A stretch of 64,000 bases of DNA from an uncultured bacterium (lineage in GTDB: Bacteria > Pseudomonadota > Alphaproteobacteria > UBA8366 > JADFVY01): NCBI GenBank assembly GCA_965603635.1, contig CBFDDT010000003.1:6978-70977 (forward strand), written 5' to 3'. Below, one piece after another: positions 18,433 through 29,307 of the stretch (position 1 is its first letter; every line of letters begins with the position of its first letter). The notes beneath the pieces are model-generated. The model was not told the DNA's origin and searched no databases. It was given only the letters and a program-made list of their open reading frames with translations. A program made the position numbers and the translations under genes.

Positions 18433-19857
18433 TCACCCCACCACGAATTCCGGCAACTCCGCTGGCCGCCAGTCGCCCAGCGCGTCCTCGATATAACGGG
18501 CGGCGGATATCAGTTCCGCCTCGCCACCGGGGCGGCCGGCGATCTGAATGCCGGCGGGCAGGCCGTCCGGGGTAGTGCCGCAAGGGATACAGATCACCGG
18601 CAGCGAGACCAGGGTGAAGCCGTAGGTGATGGCCAACCAGTCTATGTAAGTCTCGAATTTGCGCCCGTTGCACTCGCCGACATAGCGTTCGTCCTTGGGA
18701 AAAGGCGGGACGATGGCGCCGGGGCAGACGATAACGTCGTGGGTTTCCAGGAACTCACGCACGGCGTGGAACAGCCGCACCCTCTCGCGCTCAGCCTCAA
18801 CGATGGCGCGGCCGTCCAGCGCCAGGCCTTTCTCGACGTTCCAGATCACCTCCGGTTTCAACAGGTCGCGGTGGGATTCCAGCAGCGGCCCGGTCGCCAC
18901 GGCAAAGGCCACCGCGCGCAATACCTGGAACGCCTCGTGCGTTCCGGTGAAATCCGGGCAGGCCTCAACCATCGGCAAACCAGCGCCCTCCAGCCGGCCA
19001 ACCGCGTCCCGGAACACAGCCTCTACCGCCGGGTCGACCGGCGCCAGCCCCAGACCCACGCTGAAAGCAACGCGGGCGGGCTTGCGCGGGTTGCGCGCGG
19101 CGGCCAGGAACATACCGCCGCTGTCGGCGCTGGCCACGGGGACGGTATGGTCGCGCCCCGTCATGGCGTCCAGGCCCAGCGCGGCATCGGTAACGTTGCG
19201 CGCCATCGGCCCCTCGACGGGCAGCAAGCCGTAGGGATTGGTATCGGGACCCGTGGGCACGCGGCCGGGGCTGGGCCGCAAGCCGACGACGCCGCAAAAA
19301 CTCGCCGGGGTGCGCAGCGATCCCGCCATGTCGGAGCCATGGGCAATCCAGGCGCAGCCCGTGGCCAGCGCCGCCGCCGCGCCGCCCGAGGAACCACCCG
19401 CCGAGCGCTCGCGGTTCCAGGGGTTGACGGTGGTTCCGAATACCTCGTTGAAAGTGTGCCCGCCGGCGCCAAATTCCGGGGTGTTCGACTTGGCGTAGAC
19501 AATGCCGCCACGATCCTCCAGCCGCGTAACGATGCTCTCGGACCGCTCCGGCACATGGTCGGCGAAGATCGGCGAGCCGGATGTCGTGCGCACGCCCGCG
19601 ACCGGCACCAGATCCTTGATCGGTATAGGCAACCCCGCCAGCATGCCGCGATCTTCCGGCTTGCGTTCCATCAACCGCCGCGCATGATCGCGCGCCCGGT
19701 CGAGGCACAACGTCGGCAAGGCGTTGACCACCGGGTCGACCTCGGCAATCCTCTGTTCCAGCGTGTCGATGAGGTCCAGCGCCGAAACCTCGCCCTGCTT
19801 CAGGAGGTCGACAATTTCCGTTGCACTCTTTTCAATCAGCGTTTTGTCCGCGCCCAT
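18433..19857 (-). CDS. Amidase (amidase-signature family)
   Basis: It carries the GGSSGGAAAALA signature and is 474 aa long. Confidence 0.9.
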   Translation of the reverse strand: MGADKTLIEKSATEIVDLLKQGEVSALDLIDTLEQRIAEVDPVVNALPTLCLDRARDHARRLMERKPEDRGMLAGLPIPIKDLVPVAGVRTTSGSPIFADHVPERSESIVTRLEDRGGIVYAKSNTPEFGAGGHTFNEVFGTTVNPWNRERSAGGSSGGAAAALATGCAWIAHGSDMAGSLRTPASFCGVVGLRPSPGRVPTGPDTNPYGLLPVEGPMARNVTDAALGLDAMTGRDHTVPVASADSGGMFLAAARNPRKPARVAFSVGLGLAPVDPAVEAVFRDAVGRLEGAGLPMVEACPDFTGTHEAFQVLRAVAFAVATGPLLESHRDLLKPEVIWNVEKGLALDGRAIVEAERERVRLFHAVREFLETHDVIVCPGAIVPPFPKDERYVGECNGRKFETYIDWLAITYGFTLVSLPVICIPCGTTPDGLPAGIQIAGRPGGEAELISAARYIEDALGDWRPAELPEFVVG

Positions 19858-19971
19858 GCACCCTGCCTCGTTTTGTTGTTACATGGCCATGATCCTTTGA
19901 AACGACGACGCTCGCAAGTCATACCGGCAAATACTTGCCCCCCACGCTTCCCGCCCGTAATCTCCCGTACC

Positions 19972-21390
19972 ATGACGGAAATGAACAGAGACGCGCTGGA
20001 GCGCATCAAGGCGACGGTGGGGCCGAAGGGCTGGTCCGATGATTCGGGCGAAATCGCGCCGCTGGTCAGCGATCAGCGCGGGCTGTTCGTCGGCAAGACG
20101 GCGCTGTTGGTGAAGCCGGCCTCGACGGCGGAAGTAGCCGAGGTGGTGAAAATATGCGCGGATGCGGGTATCACCGTCGTTCCGCAGGGCGGCAATACCG
20201 GCCTGGTGGGCGGCGGCGTGCCGTTCGAACATGGCGGCGAGATTCTGCTGAGCATGTCCCGCATGAACCATGTACGCGCGGCGGACCCGGCGAACTATAC
20301 GATGACGGTGGAAGCGGGCTGCGTACTGGCCGACATCCAGGCGGCGGCGGAAAAGATCGACCGGCTGTTCCCGTTGAGCCTGGGCGCGGAAGGGTCTTGC
20401 CAGATTGGCGGCAATATCTCCACCAATGCCGGGGGCGTGGCGGTGCTGCATTACGGCAACATGCGCGAGCTGGTGCTGGGGATCGAGGCGGTGTTGCCCG
20501 ACGGGCAGGTCTGGAACGGGCTGCGCGCGCTGCGCAAGGATAATACGGGTTATGACCTGAAACAGCTGTTCATCGGGGCGGAGGGCACGCTGGGCGTTAT
20601 CACGGCCGCCGTGCTGAAACTGTTCCCGCTGCCCAGGGATGTGCAGACCGCCTTCGTCGCGATCCGCGACCTGGACGCGGCGATCGATTTGTTGGCCGCC
20701 GCGCGCAATGCCAGCGGCGATGCCGTGACGTCGATGGAACTGATCCCGCGAATGTCGCTGGAGTTCGCCTGCCGGCATGTCGCGGGCGTAACCGACCCGC
20801 TGAGCGAGCCACACGAGAACTACCTGCTGGTGGAGTTTTCCGGCGCCCGTTCCGACGGCGGCATGGCGGAAAACATGACCGCCTTTCTGGAGGGCGCCTT
20901 CGAGATCGGCCTTGTGCTGGACGCCGCGCTGGCCCAGTCCGAGGCCCAGCGCGCCGATCTGTGGCGCATCCGGGAGGCCATCGTAGAGGCCCAGAAATTC
21001 GAGGGCGGCAGCATCAAACACGACATCGCCGTGCCGGTCGACAAATCCCCCGAATTCATCCGCCGCGCCGTGGCCGCGGTGACGGCGGCGATGCCCGGCA
21101 TCCGCCCCCTGCCCTTCGGCCATATCGGCGACGGCAACATCCACTTCAACCTAAGCCAGCCGCCCGGCATGGACGCGGGCGAATTCCTCACCCACTGGGC
21201 GGAAATGAACCGCATTGTGCACGATATCGTCGCGGATCTGGATGGCTCAATCAGCGCCGAACACGGCGTCGGCCGCCTGAAGCGGGAGGAAATCACCCGC
21301 TACAAAAGTGCGCTGGAACTGGAAATGATGCGCAAGGTGAGGGCCGCACTGGACCCCAAGGGGATCATGAACCCGGGGAAGGTTATTTAG
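19972..21390 (+). CDS. FAD-linked oxidase (D-2-hydroxyacid/D-lactate dehydrogenase, GlcD-like)
   Basis: It has an FAD_binding_4-type N-terminus (VVPQGGNTGLVGG) and a C-terminal HGVGRLK motif. The true start is ATG 19972; the upstream part of the 883-aa ORF is antisense to the amidase gene. Confidence 0.9.
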   Translation: MTEMNRDALERIKATVGPKGWSDDSGEIAPLVSDQRGLFVGKTALLVKPASTAEVAEVVKICADAGITVVPQGGNTGLVGGGVPFEHGGEILLSMSRMNHVRAADPANYTMTVEAGCVLADIQAAAEKIDRLFPLSLGAEGSCQIGGNISTNAGGVAVLHYGNMRELVLGIEAVLPDGQVWNGLRALRKDNTGYDLKQLFIGAEGTLGVITAAVLKLFPLPRDVQTAFVAIRDLDAAIDLLAAARNASGDAVTSMELIPRMSLEFACRHVAGVTDPLSEPHENYLLVEFSGARSDGGMAENMTAFLEGAFEIGLVLDAALAQSEAQRADLWRIREAIVEAQKFEGGSIKHDIAVPVDKSPEFIRRAVAAVTAAMPGIRPLPFGHIGDGNIHFNLSQPPGMDAGEFLTHWAEMNRIVHDIVADLDGSISAEHGVGRLKREEITRYKSALELEMMRKVRAALDPKGIMNPGKVI

Positions 21391-21412
21391 GAGGCCCGGT
21401 CCTGCAGGCTAC

Positions 21413-21721
21413 TCAGCTCAGCGACAGCCAGTACAGGAAGGCGTAGAGGGCGAGGAATGCGCCGTTAAGCAGCAGGCCGGCCCAAGCCATGGCGCGGCGG
21501 GATGTTCCGCGCAATACCGCAAAAAGGCCAGCGACGAGCCCGGCCAGCGGCAGCGCCGGCATCAAAAATTTGACGAAGTCCCCCATGCCCGGCGACATCG
21601 AGTGGATCATCAACATGGCGTAGAGAGTGACGAGCCAGACGAGGATCCCGCATATGAGCGAAATTGTCCCGGCGACGCCCGACGTCGTTTTCCTTGTCTG
21701 TCTTGTCTCGTCTTCGCTCAT
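21413..21721 (-). CDS. Small membrane protein (3 predicted TM helices), hypothetical
   Basis: Hydrophobic helices follow the MSEDETRQTRK start. I recognise no family. Confidence 0.5.
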   Translation of the reverse strand: MSEDETRQTRKTTSGVAGTISLICGILVWLVTLYAMLMIHSMSPGMGDFVKFLMPALPLAGLVAGLFAVLRGTSRRAMAWAGLLLNGAFLALYAFLYWLSLS

Positions 21722-21853
21722 GCCGTTTTCAGTTACTTTGGGTAGCTTTGGGCAACATATCATAAGCCCCAGAAATGCGCACGGCCGGGGCATGGACTTG
21801 TGCCGGCGGCGGCGTTTAGGATGGTTGGTTCCACGAATTCATTGCGAGGCCCC

Positions 21854-22621
21854 ATGCACCCCATCATCGCCCTTTGGAGCCATCCCCGGTCGATGTCGAC
21901 CGCGACCGAGCGCATCATGCGCGAGCGGGGCGATTTTCGCTGTTTTCACGAGCCATTCATGTATCTTTATTACGTCGGGGATGGCGTAAAGGAAATGCCG
22001 CTTTTCGAGGCAGACCCGGACCTGCCCACGAGTTACGAGGACATCCGCGACATGCTGCTGGCGGCCGGCGAGGCGGGGCCCGTTTTCTTCAAGGATATGA
22101 GCTATTACATCGCCGACCGGATGATGGCGGATGAGGCTTTCGCGCGGCGGCTGACCAACACCTTCCTGATCCGCGATCCGGCGAAGACCATCGTATCGTT
22201 TCACCGGAAGGATCCGGACGTCCGGCTGGAGGAAATCGGGTTGGAACAACAATGGCGGCATTTCGAATGGCTGACTGGATTGCTGGGCGCGCCGCCGCCG
22301 CTGATGGACGCGGCCGACATCCAGGCCAACCCGGCAGGCATGATCCGCACCTGGTGCGCGGCGGCAGGCATCGAATTCCTGCCGCATTCTCTGGAATGGG
22401 ACAGCCCGCCGCCGGCCGAATGGGAACAAGTGTCCGGCTGGCACAGAGAGGTCATGGCGTCGGGCGGCATCGCCAGGGAAAGGGCGGCCGGCGCGAATGG
22501 CGAGTCCGAGGTCACACTAGACAGCGTCCCCCAACTTCGCCGCTATTACGAACATCACCTGCCGTTTTATGAAAAATTGCGGAGACATCGATTGGCGCGT
22601 GTTAAACCGGAAGTACGGTAG
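21854..22621 (+). CDS. Sulfotransferase-like P-loop protein
   Basis: The N-terminal LWSHPRSMSTA resembles the PAPS-binding PKxGTT loop. This family assignment is from memory only. Confidence 0.55.
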   Translation: MHPIIALWSHPRSMSTATERIMRERGDFRCFHEPFMYLYYVGDGVKEMPLFEADPDLPTSYEDIRDMLLAAGEAGPVFFKDMSYYIADRMMADEAFARRLTNTFLIRDPAKTIVSFHRKDPDVRLEEIGLEQQWRHFEWLTGLLGAPPPLMDAADIQANPAGMIRTWCAAAGIEFLPHSLEWDSPPPAEWEQVSGWHREVMASGGIARERAAGANGESEVTLDSVPQLRRYYEHHLPFYEKLRRHRLARVKPEVR

Positions 22622-24511
22622 TTACTCCTCCACCTCCACGACCTTGGCCGGACGGCAATCGACGGCCTGGACGGGCAGGCGGACGGTGAAGCGGCTACCC
22701 TCGCCGGGTTTGCTGTCGACCGAAATGGCGCCGCCCATCATCTCGGAGTAGTGGCGGCATATGGCGAGCCCCAGGCCGGTGCCGCCATATTTCGAATCGC
22801 GGCCTGTTTCGGTCCGCTCGAAGGCCACGAACACGCTTTCCAGGCTGTCGCGCGCGATGCCGATGCCGCTGTCGGCAACGTAAAAGCGAATCCATTCCTT
22901 GCCGCCGGTGTGGGCATCGTCATGGAAGCGCGACATACCAAAGTGGATTTCGCCCTCGTCGGTGAATTTCGCGGCATTTGCCAGCAGGTTGAACAGAATC
23001 TGCTTCAACTTGGTGGCGTCCGCGCGCATGCGCCCCGGTTTGGTCGGGATGTCCAGGATCAGCTGGTTGCCATTGGCCTCCACAAGTGGGCGGACCGTCG
23101 CGGCGATCTCGCCTATCAGCACCGTCAGGTCGATTTCCTCCAAATGGAACTCAGTGCGCCCGGCCTCGATCCGCGACAAATCCAGTACTTCATTGATCAA
23201 CTGCAGCAGATGCCGGCCCGCGATATTAATGCGCTCCAGATCGGGTGCAAGATCGGATTGCCCGCGTTCCTCGACATCTTCCTTCAAAATTTCGCTGTAG
23301 CCGATAACCGCGTTCAGCGGGGTTCGCAATTCGTGGCTCATATTGGCGAGAAACTGCGATTTCGCCGCATTGGCCTCTTCGGCCTGAAACTTCGCGGCGA
23401 GCAATTCCTGTTCCACCTCGTAACGTTCTGTAATGTCCAGATTTGTGCCTGTTACGCGAATCGCCCTGCCCTCGGCGTCGCTGGCGATGTCCGCCTGTTC
23501 GAAGATCACCTTTTCGCTGCCGTCGGGCAGGATAATCCGGTAATCGCAGCTGTAGGGTTTGCATTGTGCGACGGCATCCCTGATCACCGCGTCGACGCGC
23601 TCGCGGTCCTCGGCGTGAACGATATTCAAGGTCGTGTCGTAGTCATAGGCCGTGGCGTTCATGTCCCGTCCGAACAGGCGGTTGTTTTCGTCGGACGAAA
23701 TAATCCTGTCATTGACGATGTCCCACTCCCAGCTACCAAGGCGCGCGATGCGCTGGGCGTTGGCCAGCGCCTTTTCCCGGTCGCGCAACATTTCTTCCAC
23801 CCGCTCGCGATCTGCGATTTCATTGCGCAAATTCTCGTTCAGGCTTTCCGCGCGCTCTTTCGCCTCAAGCGCCTTCTCGGTCTCTTCGATCAGGTTCGCC
23901 ACGAGTCCACGATTTTCGCCGGTCAGGCGTACGGCTTCGAGAACGACCCTTTCCTGCCGCTTTCCGGTCATCAACAGGAATGCCAGCAACACCGTGCCCA
24001 TTACCGCCATGGACCAGCCGATCTCACCGCCTTGCCAAGCGAAATAGAGGACTGCCGGCCCCAGAACCGGGATGACGAACAACAGGTAAGTCATGAAAAC
24101 GCGGGCCAGCGACGGCAGCCCACCCGCGGCCATCCCGCCCAACACGAAGGCCGTGAACACCTTGTGAAGCGGCGGCGCCTCGGACATCACGACCAGGCAA
24201 CCGACGCCCCAGCCGATGCCCGTTAATGTAGTGAGTACAGCCAGGCGCAGCAGCCACGCCCGTGCTTCGACTTCATCATAGCTACCGGCACGGCGGTGCC
24301 AGGCATACAGGGCAATGCGCGACATCATTACGCTGGCGATAAAGGCAAACCATCCTAGCAATATCGGGGATGGCAGTTCGCCGCGCATGACGAAGGACAG
24401 GACCGCGGCGTTTAACAGATTTACCGCAACCGTGGCCGGCGCGTCGGAATAGATCAACCGGACTCTGCCGGCGAGATAGGGTTCCCTGTCGTGTATGTCG
24501 GCGGAAGCCAT
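22622..24511 (-). CDS. Membrane sensor histidine kinase (multi-TM N-terminus, coiled coil, PAS, HisKA, HATPase_c)
   Basis: The H-box is [21 protein letters not shown], and the N/G boxes are LLANAAKFT and [11 protein letters not shown]. Confidence 0.9.
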   Translation of the reverse strand: MASADIHDREPYLAGRVRLIYSDAPATVAVNLLNAAVLSFVMRGELPSPILLGWFAFIASVMMSRIALYAWHRRAGSYDEVEARAWLLRLAVLTTLTGIGWGVGCLVVMSEAPPLHKVFTAFVLGGMAAGGLPSLARVFMTYLLFVIPVLGPAVLYFAWQGGEIGWSMAVMGTVLLAFLLMTGKRQERVVLEAVRLTGENRGLVANLIEETEKALEAKERAESLNENLRNEIADRERVEEMLRDREKALANAQRIARLGSWEWDIVNDRIISSDENNRLFGRDMNATAYDYDTTLNIVHAEDRERVDAVIRDAVAQCKPYSCDYRIILPDGSEKVIFEQADIASDAEGRAIRVTGTNLDITERYEVEQELLAAKFQAEEANAAKSQFLANMSHELRTPLNAVIGYSEILKEDVEERGQSDLAPDLERINIAGRHLLQLINEVLDLSRIEAGRTEFHLEEIDLTVLIGEIAATVRPLVEANGNQLILDIPTKPGRMRADATKLKQILFNLLANAAKFTDEGEIHFGMSRFHDDAHTGGKEWIRFYVADSGIGIARDSLESVFVAFERTETGRDSKYGGTGLGLAICRHYSEMMGGAISVDSKPGEGSRFTVRLPVQAVDCRPAKVVEVEE

Positions 24512-24540
24512 ATTCGATTACCCCGTCCCGGTCCGGTCGA

Positions 24541-26484
24541 TCAATTCGTTGCCCCGGCAATCGCCGGAGCGAGGGACGCGCTGGCTTTAGCCGGCAAGCG
24601 AACCGTAAAGACGCTGCCCCGGCCGAGCTCGCTCTCGGCCGATATCGCGCCGCCCATCATCTCACAGTAATGCCGGCTTATGGCCAGACCCAGGCCGGTG
24701 CCCCCATATTTTCGCGTAGTGGAGGGGTCCAGTTGGTCGAAGGCCCGGAAGGCGGCCTCGATCCGGTTCGCCGCCATGCCGATGCCGCTGTCGGTTACGG
24801 TGAATAGGATCCAGCCATCATGGCCCTCCGCCTCTGGCTCCTCCAGGCGATGCACCTTGACGGTTATCCGTCCCTCTTCGGTGAATTTCGCGGCGTTCGA
24901 TAACAGATTATACAGGATCTGACGGACCTTGGTCGCGTCGGCGGCCATTTCGCCCAAGTCCGGGTCGCAATCGACGGTCAACTCGTTGCCCTTGGCCGCG
25001 GCAAGTGGGCGAACCGTCGAGACCACATCGCCGACCAATTCAGAGACTCTGAACGATTCAATATACAGTTCCATCCGTCCGGCTTCGATTTTCGACAGGT
25101 CCAGCACCTCATTGACCAGCGCCAGCAGATGCCGCCCCGCCGTGTTGATTCGGTCCAGATCGACCGAGCTTTCCTCCTGGCCCGCCTCCACCGCATCTTC
25201 CTTCAGGATTTCGCTGTAGCCAATAATGGCGTTCAGCGGGGTCCGGAATTCGTGGCTCATATTAGCCAGGAACCGTGACTTGGCGCGGCTTCCCTCCTCG
25301 GCCTGAGATTTCGCCGCCTCCAGTTCCCGCAATACCCGGTGCTGTTCGGTAATGTCATGGGTTGTCCCGGTCATGCTCGCGGGACGGCCACTATCGTCGA
25401 ACATCGTCTCACCACGTTCATGCAGGACTCGCGCCGTGCCGTCAGCCAGAAAAGCGCGATGTACCACGCTATAGATCGAGCCATCTTCGAGTGAAGCGTT
25501 GACCGCTTTGGTAACGGCGTCCCGGTCATCCGGGTGCACCATTCCCATGAACTGATCGAACGTGATGGATTCAGTGGCCCGGTCGATAGCGAAGATACTA
25601 TAAGCCTCATCCGATCCACGAATTTCGTTCGTTACCAGGTTCCATGTCCAGCTTCCAAGCCCGGCTATACGCTGTGCATTCGCAAGGCTTGCCTCTCGCT
25701 CTCGCAACTCACCACCGACCTTTTCGCGTTCAGCCATTTCGTGCCGCAGCTCAGCGTTCAACTGCTCGGCCCGGGCTTTCTCAGCCGTCAGATGTTCGAT
25801 CAGCCCCTGGTTTTCCATTGATAACCCGAGCGATTGTTCCAGTGAGTCGCTTTGTTTTCGTCCGGCAAGCAGCAAAAAAGTCAGGAACAGAACCGACATG
25901 GCGGCCATGCCGTACCCGGATTCTCCTCCCACCCTTGCGAAATGGACGGCGACAGGGGTTACCGACGGAATCACGAAGGCCAGATATGCCGGATAATAAC
26001 GCGTCAGGGTAATTACCGCGCCCGCGGCCGACCCACCGAGCACACCGACGGTGATTATCTGATACGGTGGCCCCGCCTCCGGCAGCATGAAAATGCCCGC
26101 AAGACCCCAAGCCACGCCGGTCCACAGGGCTCCGAGCGAATAGTACCGCGCCCAGTTCCCCATCGCGCCATCCGTTGGCGCGGCCGCCCTGAACCTGCTT
26201 ACCAGCCAAACCCGCCAGAGGATGCCAGCCGCCATGAAGGCCGACCACCCAGCCAGGATACCGGCATCCACCATGTTGCGAAAAACTATTGCCAGGATCA
26301 CGGTATTTATGACGTTTACTGTCGTGGTCTGCCCAATGCCCGAGTACAGCAGCCGCACACGCGCCGCATATATCCGCTGCTCCAGTCCACCGGACAGGAC
26401 CGTGGTTGGCATGGGGGCGACGAAGGAACCGCCGGTATCCAATTCGTTCTTGATCTGGCTTGTCATAAATTCGGTGCGACTCAC
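24541..26484 (-). CDS. Membrane sensor histidine kinase, tandem paralog of the downstream kinase
   Basis: It has the same architecture. The H-box is [21 protein letters not shown], with [11 protein letters not shown]. Confidence 0.9.
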   Translation of the reverse strand: MSRTEFMTSQIKNELDTGGSFVAPMPTTVLSGGLEQRIYAARVRLLYSGIGQTTTVNVINTVILAIVFRNMVDAGILAGWSAFMAAGILWRVWLVSRFRAAAPTDGAMGNWARYYSLGALWTGVAWGLAGIFMLPEAGPPYQIITVGVLGGSAAGAVITLTRYYPAYLAFVIPSVTPVAVHFARVGGESGYGMAAMSVLFLTFLLLAGRKQSDSLEQSLGLSMENQGLIEHLTAEKARAEQLNAELRHEMAEREKVGGELREREASLANAQRIAGLGSWTWNLVTNEIRGSDEAYSIFAIDRATESITFDQFMGMVHPDDRDAVTKAVNASLEDGSIYSVVHRAFLADGTARVLHERGETMFDDSGRPASMTGTTHDITEQHRVLRELEAAKSQAEEGSRAKSRFLANMSHEFRTPLNAIIGYSEILKEDAVEAGQEESSVDLDRINTAGRHLLALVNEVLDLSKIEAGRMELYIESFRVSELVGDVVSTVRPLAAAKGNELTVDCDPDLGEMAADATKVRQILYNLLSNAAKFTEEGRITVKVHRLEEPEAEGHDGWILFTVTDSGIGMAANRIEAAFRAFDQLDPSTTRKYGGTGLGLAISRHYCEMMGGAISAESELGRGSVFTVRLPAKASASLAPAIAGATN

Positions 26485-26640
26485 GCGTTCGGTTCCCGCA
26501 AAAGATACAACAGCATACGGAAGTAGTCACGCCCTCAAAAAGGGCAGTCTCGTAGGGCAAGAATATTGCGCCGCACCGGTATGGGGTTGCAGCCGCACGT
26601 CCGGTCCGCGATAACTATAACGACCAAGGGAGACTGAAAA

Positions 26641-28428
26641 ATGACATCCTACGACGCGCCGCTTGCGGATATGCGTTTCCTGTTGCACGACCTCGGCCTG
26701 TTGAAATCGGTGAACGGTTTGCCGGGGCTGGAGGAGGCCACCGGCGATCTGGTGGACGCGGTTCTGGAAGAAGCGAACAAACTGGCGCGCGACAAGCTGG
26801 CCCCGATCAATCATACGGCCGACCTTGCCGGTGGTTCGAAGCTGGAAAACGGCGTCGTGCGCACTCCGGACGGCTGGAAGAACGCTTATGACGCGTTTGT
26901 CGAGGGTGGCTGGAACGCCGTGCCGTTCAATCCCGATTTCGGCGGCCAGGGCCTGCCCTGGCTGGTCGGCATTACCCTGCAGGAAATGTGGCAGTCGGCG
27001 AACATGTCCTGGGCCCTCTGTCCGCTATTGACCCAGGGCGCGGTGGAGTTGTTGAGCGCCCATGGGACGGACGAGCAGAAGGCGGCCTGGCTACCCAAAC
27101 TGGTCTCCGGCGAATGGACGGGAACGATGAACCTGACCGAACCGGGCGCGGGGTCGGATGTCGGCGCCCTGAAAACCAGGGCGGAAAAGTCGGGCGACCA
27201 CTACCTGATTCGGGGCCAGAAGATTTTCATTACCTACGGCGAACACGACATGACCGACAACACGGTCCATATGGTGCTGGCCCGCACGACGGATGCGCCG
27301 GCGGGCGTGAAGGGAATCTCGCTTTTCATCGTGCCCAAGGTGATGGTCAATTCTGATGGTTCACCGGGCGCACGCAACGACCTGCGCTGCGTGTCGCTGG
27401 AGGAAAAGCTCGGTATCCATGGCAGCCCGACCTGCGTCATGGCCTTTGGCGATAACGAGGGCGCGGTGGGCTATCTGGTTGGCGAGAAAAACCATGGCAT
27501 GGAATACATGTTCACCATGATGAACAACGCCCGGATCAGCGTCGGTCTGGAAGGCGTGGCAATCGGTGAGCGTGCTTACCAGCAGGCACGCGCCTATGCC
27601 CGTGAGCGGACGCAGGGCAAGACGGGCACCGACGGCAGCGGGGCAATTATCGGCCATCCGGATGTGCGGCGCATGCTGATGATGATGCGCGCCCTGACCG
27701 AGGCCGGCCGCGTCATTACCTACGATCTGGCAGCCATGCTGGACATATCGAAGCGCCACAAGGAAGAAAACTGGCGGGCCTATGCGGCGCGGCGCGTGGC
27801 GCTGCTGACGCCGGTGGTCAAGGCCTGGTGCACCGATATGGGCGTCGAGGTCGCGTCGCTGGGCATCCAGGTGCATGGCGGCATGGGTTATATCGAGGAA
27901 TCGGGCGCGGCCCAGCATTACCGGGACGCCCGCATCGCGCCGATCTACGAGGGCACCAACGGCATACAGGCGCTGGACCTGGTCGCGCGGAAGCTGCTGC
28001 GCGACGAAGGCGAAGGGGCGCTGGAATATATCGACGAGGTGCATTCGCTGATCAACGGGCTGAACCAGCATTCGGAGGAGGATCTGGTAGTCATAAGACG
28101 GCATCTGGCGGCGGCGGTGGATGCGCTGGATAACGCCACCCACTGGCTGTTGGATGCGGCGGCCGAAAACAAGATCGACGCCATCGCCGGCGCCACACCT
28201 TATTTAAGGCTGTTTGGGACCGTCGCCGGCGGCGCCATGCTCGCCCGTTCCGCATTGCGCGCGACGGAATCCATCGAGGCCGGCAGCGGTGACGAAGCGG
28301 TACTGGTCGACAAACTGGTCGTCGCCCGGTTTTATGCGGAACAGGTTCTGCCGCAAGCCAGCGGCCTGGCCACTTCCATCACAGCCGGTTCAGGCACCAT
28401 CATGGCGCTGGCGGAAGATAGATTTTAG
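26641..28428 (+). CDS. Long acyl-CoA dehydrogenase with a C-terminal extension
   Basis: The 595-aa protein has ACAD blocks (YEGTNGIQALDL, GGMGYIEE) and a GGGAG RBS. Confidence 0.9.
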   Translation: MTSYDAPLADMRFLLHDLGLLKSVNGLPGLEEATGDLVDAVLEEANKLARDKLAPINHTADLAGGSKLENGVVRTPDGWKNAYDAFVEGGWNAVPFNPDFGGQGLPWLVGITLQEMWQSANMSWALCPLLTQGAVELLSAHGTDEQKAAWLPKLVSGEWTGTMNLTEPGAGSDVGALKTRAEKSGDHYLIRGQKIFITYGEHDMTDNTVHMVLARTTDAPAGVKGISLFIVPKVMVNSDGSPGARNDLRCVSLEEKLGIHGSPTCVMAFGDNEGAVGYLVGEKNHGMEYMFTMMNNARISVGLEGVAIGERAYQQARAYARERTQGKTGTDGSGAIIGHPDVRRMLMMMRALTEAGRVITYDLAAMLDISKRHKEENWRAYAARRVALLTPVVKAWCTDMGVEVASLGIQVHGGMGYIEESGAAQHYRDARIAPIYEGTNGIQALDLVARKLLRDEGEGALEYIDEVHSLINGLNQHSEEDLVVIRRHLAAAVDALDNATHWLLDAAAENKIDAIAGATPYLRLFGTVAGGAMLARSALRATESIEAGSGDEAVLVDKLVVARFYAEQVLPQASGLATSITAGSGTIMALAEDRF

Positions 28429-28444
28429 GGCTGGCGCCGCACGC

Positions 28445-28723
28445 TCACGCGGCCGCGGCGGTTTTCCGGCCGTACCAGATTTCGCAATGATCCGCCAGTT
28501 CAGCGCGGTCAAGGCCAAAGGCCAACGCAATAGCCGAGTGCGTGAATTCCGGCAGCGCGATCTCGCCCCGTTCAATCTCTTCTATCAGCGAGGCATCGCC
28601 AATCCCGGCCTGTTCGGCGAGTTCGGCCTGGGTGATCTTCCAATGCTGACGCTGCTTGCGCAGCCACTCACCAGCTTCGGCGTAAAATAGATCGCCATTT
28701 TTCGGGTTTTCGTTCCGGAGCAT
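28445..28723 (-). CDS. XRE family helix-turn-helix transcriptional regulator
   Basis: The HTH is WKITQAELAEQAGIGDASLIEEIERGE; 92 aa. Confidence 0.8.
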   Translation of the reverse strand: MLRNENPKNGDLFYAEAGEWLRKQRQHWKITQAELAEQAGIGDASLIEEIERGEIALPEFTHSAIALAFGLDRAELADHCEIWYGRKTAAAA

Positions 28724-28812
28724 CGCTTCAGGCCTCCATTTTCAGTCATTCATCATTTATGTTGCGCTGCAACAATAACACGGATAATTGTGCATCGCAA
28801 CATTCTATTTAT

Positions 28813-29307
28813 CTAATGAACAACTCGGAGCTGGAAGGGTATCAGCCCGCCATCGTCATCGAGGGCATCAAGCATTTCGCCAATGCCGGCTCCGGTTATC
28901 GGGTGGATCCTGGCCGTTGCGATGTCCGCCAGGGGCCGAAGCACGAAGGCGCGTTCCGCCAGCCGGGGGTGGGGCACTAAGAGATCTGGCAGGTCGATCA
29001 CCTCATCACCGAAGAAAACGATATCGAGGTCAATCGGCCGGGGTCCGTTGCGTTCACCCGGCCCGCGGCCCAGCTTTTTCTCAATACTCTTCAGAAATGC
29101 CAGCAGAGCCGACGCACCCAGACCCGTCTCGGCCGACAGCACCATGTTCAGGAAGCGCGGCTGATCGGTCACATATTTCGGGTCGGTTTCATAGACCGGC
29201 GAGCGTTCCAGCACCGTAACCTTGGGCGCCAGTGCCGTGATTGCGGCCTCAAGATTCGCCATGCGGTCGCCAATATTGCCGCCCAGCGCGATATAGACCA
29301 GGGTCAT
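28813..29307 (-). CDS. folK: 2-amino-4-hydroxy-6-hydroxymethyldihydropteridine diphosphokinase
   Basis: VYIALGGNIGDR..., GPRPIDLDIVFF. Confidence 0.9.
   Translation of the reverse strand: MTLVYIALGGNIGDRMANLEAAITALAPKVTVLERSPVYETDPKYVTDQPRFLNMVLSAETGLGASALLAFLKSIEKKLGRGPGERNGPRPIDLDIVFFGDEVIDLPDLLVPHPRLAERAFVLRPLADIATARIHPITGAGIGEMLDALDDDGGLIPFQLRVVH

Noticed and set aside
18739-19971. N-terminal 411 codons of the 883-aa plus-strand ORF 18739..21390.
   Set aside because: This part is antisense to the amidase gene and has shadow-ORF composition. Recognisable FAD-oxidase sequence begins at ATG 19972 (MTEMNRDALERIK).
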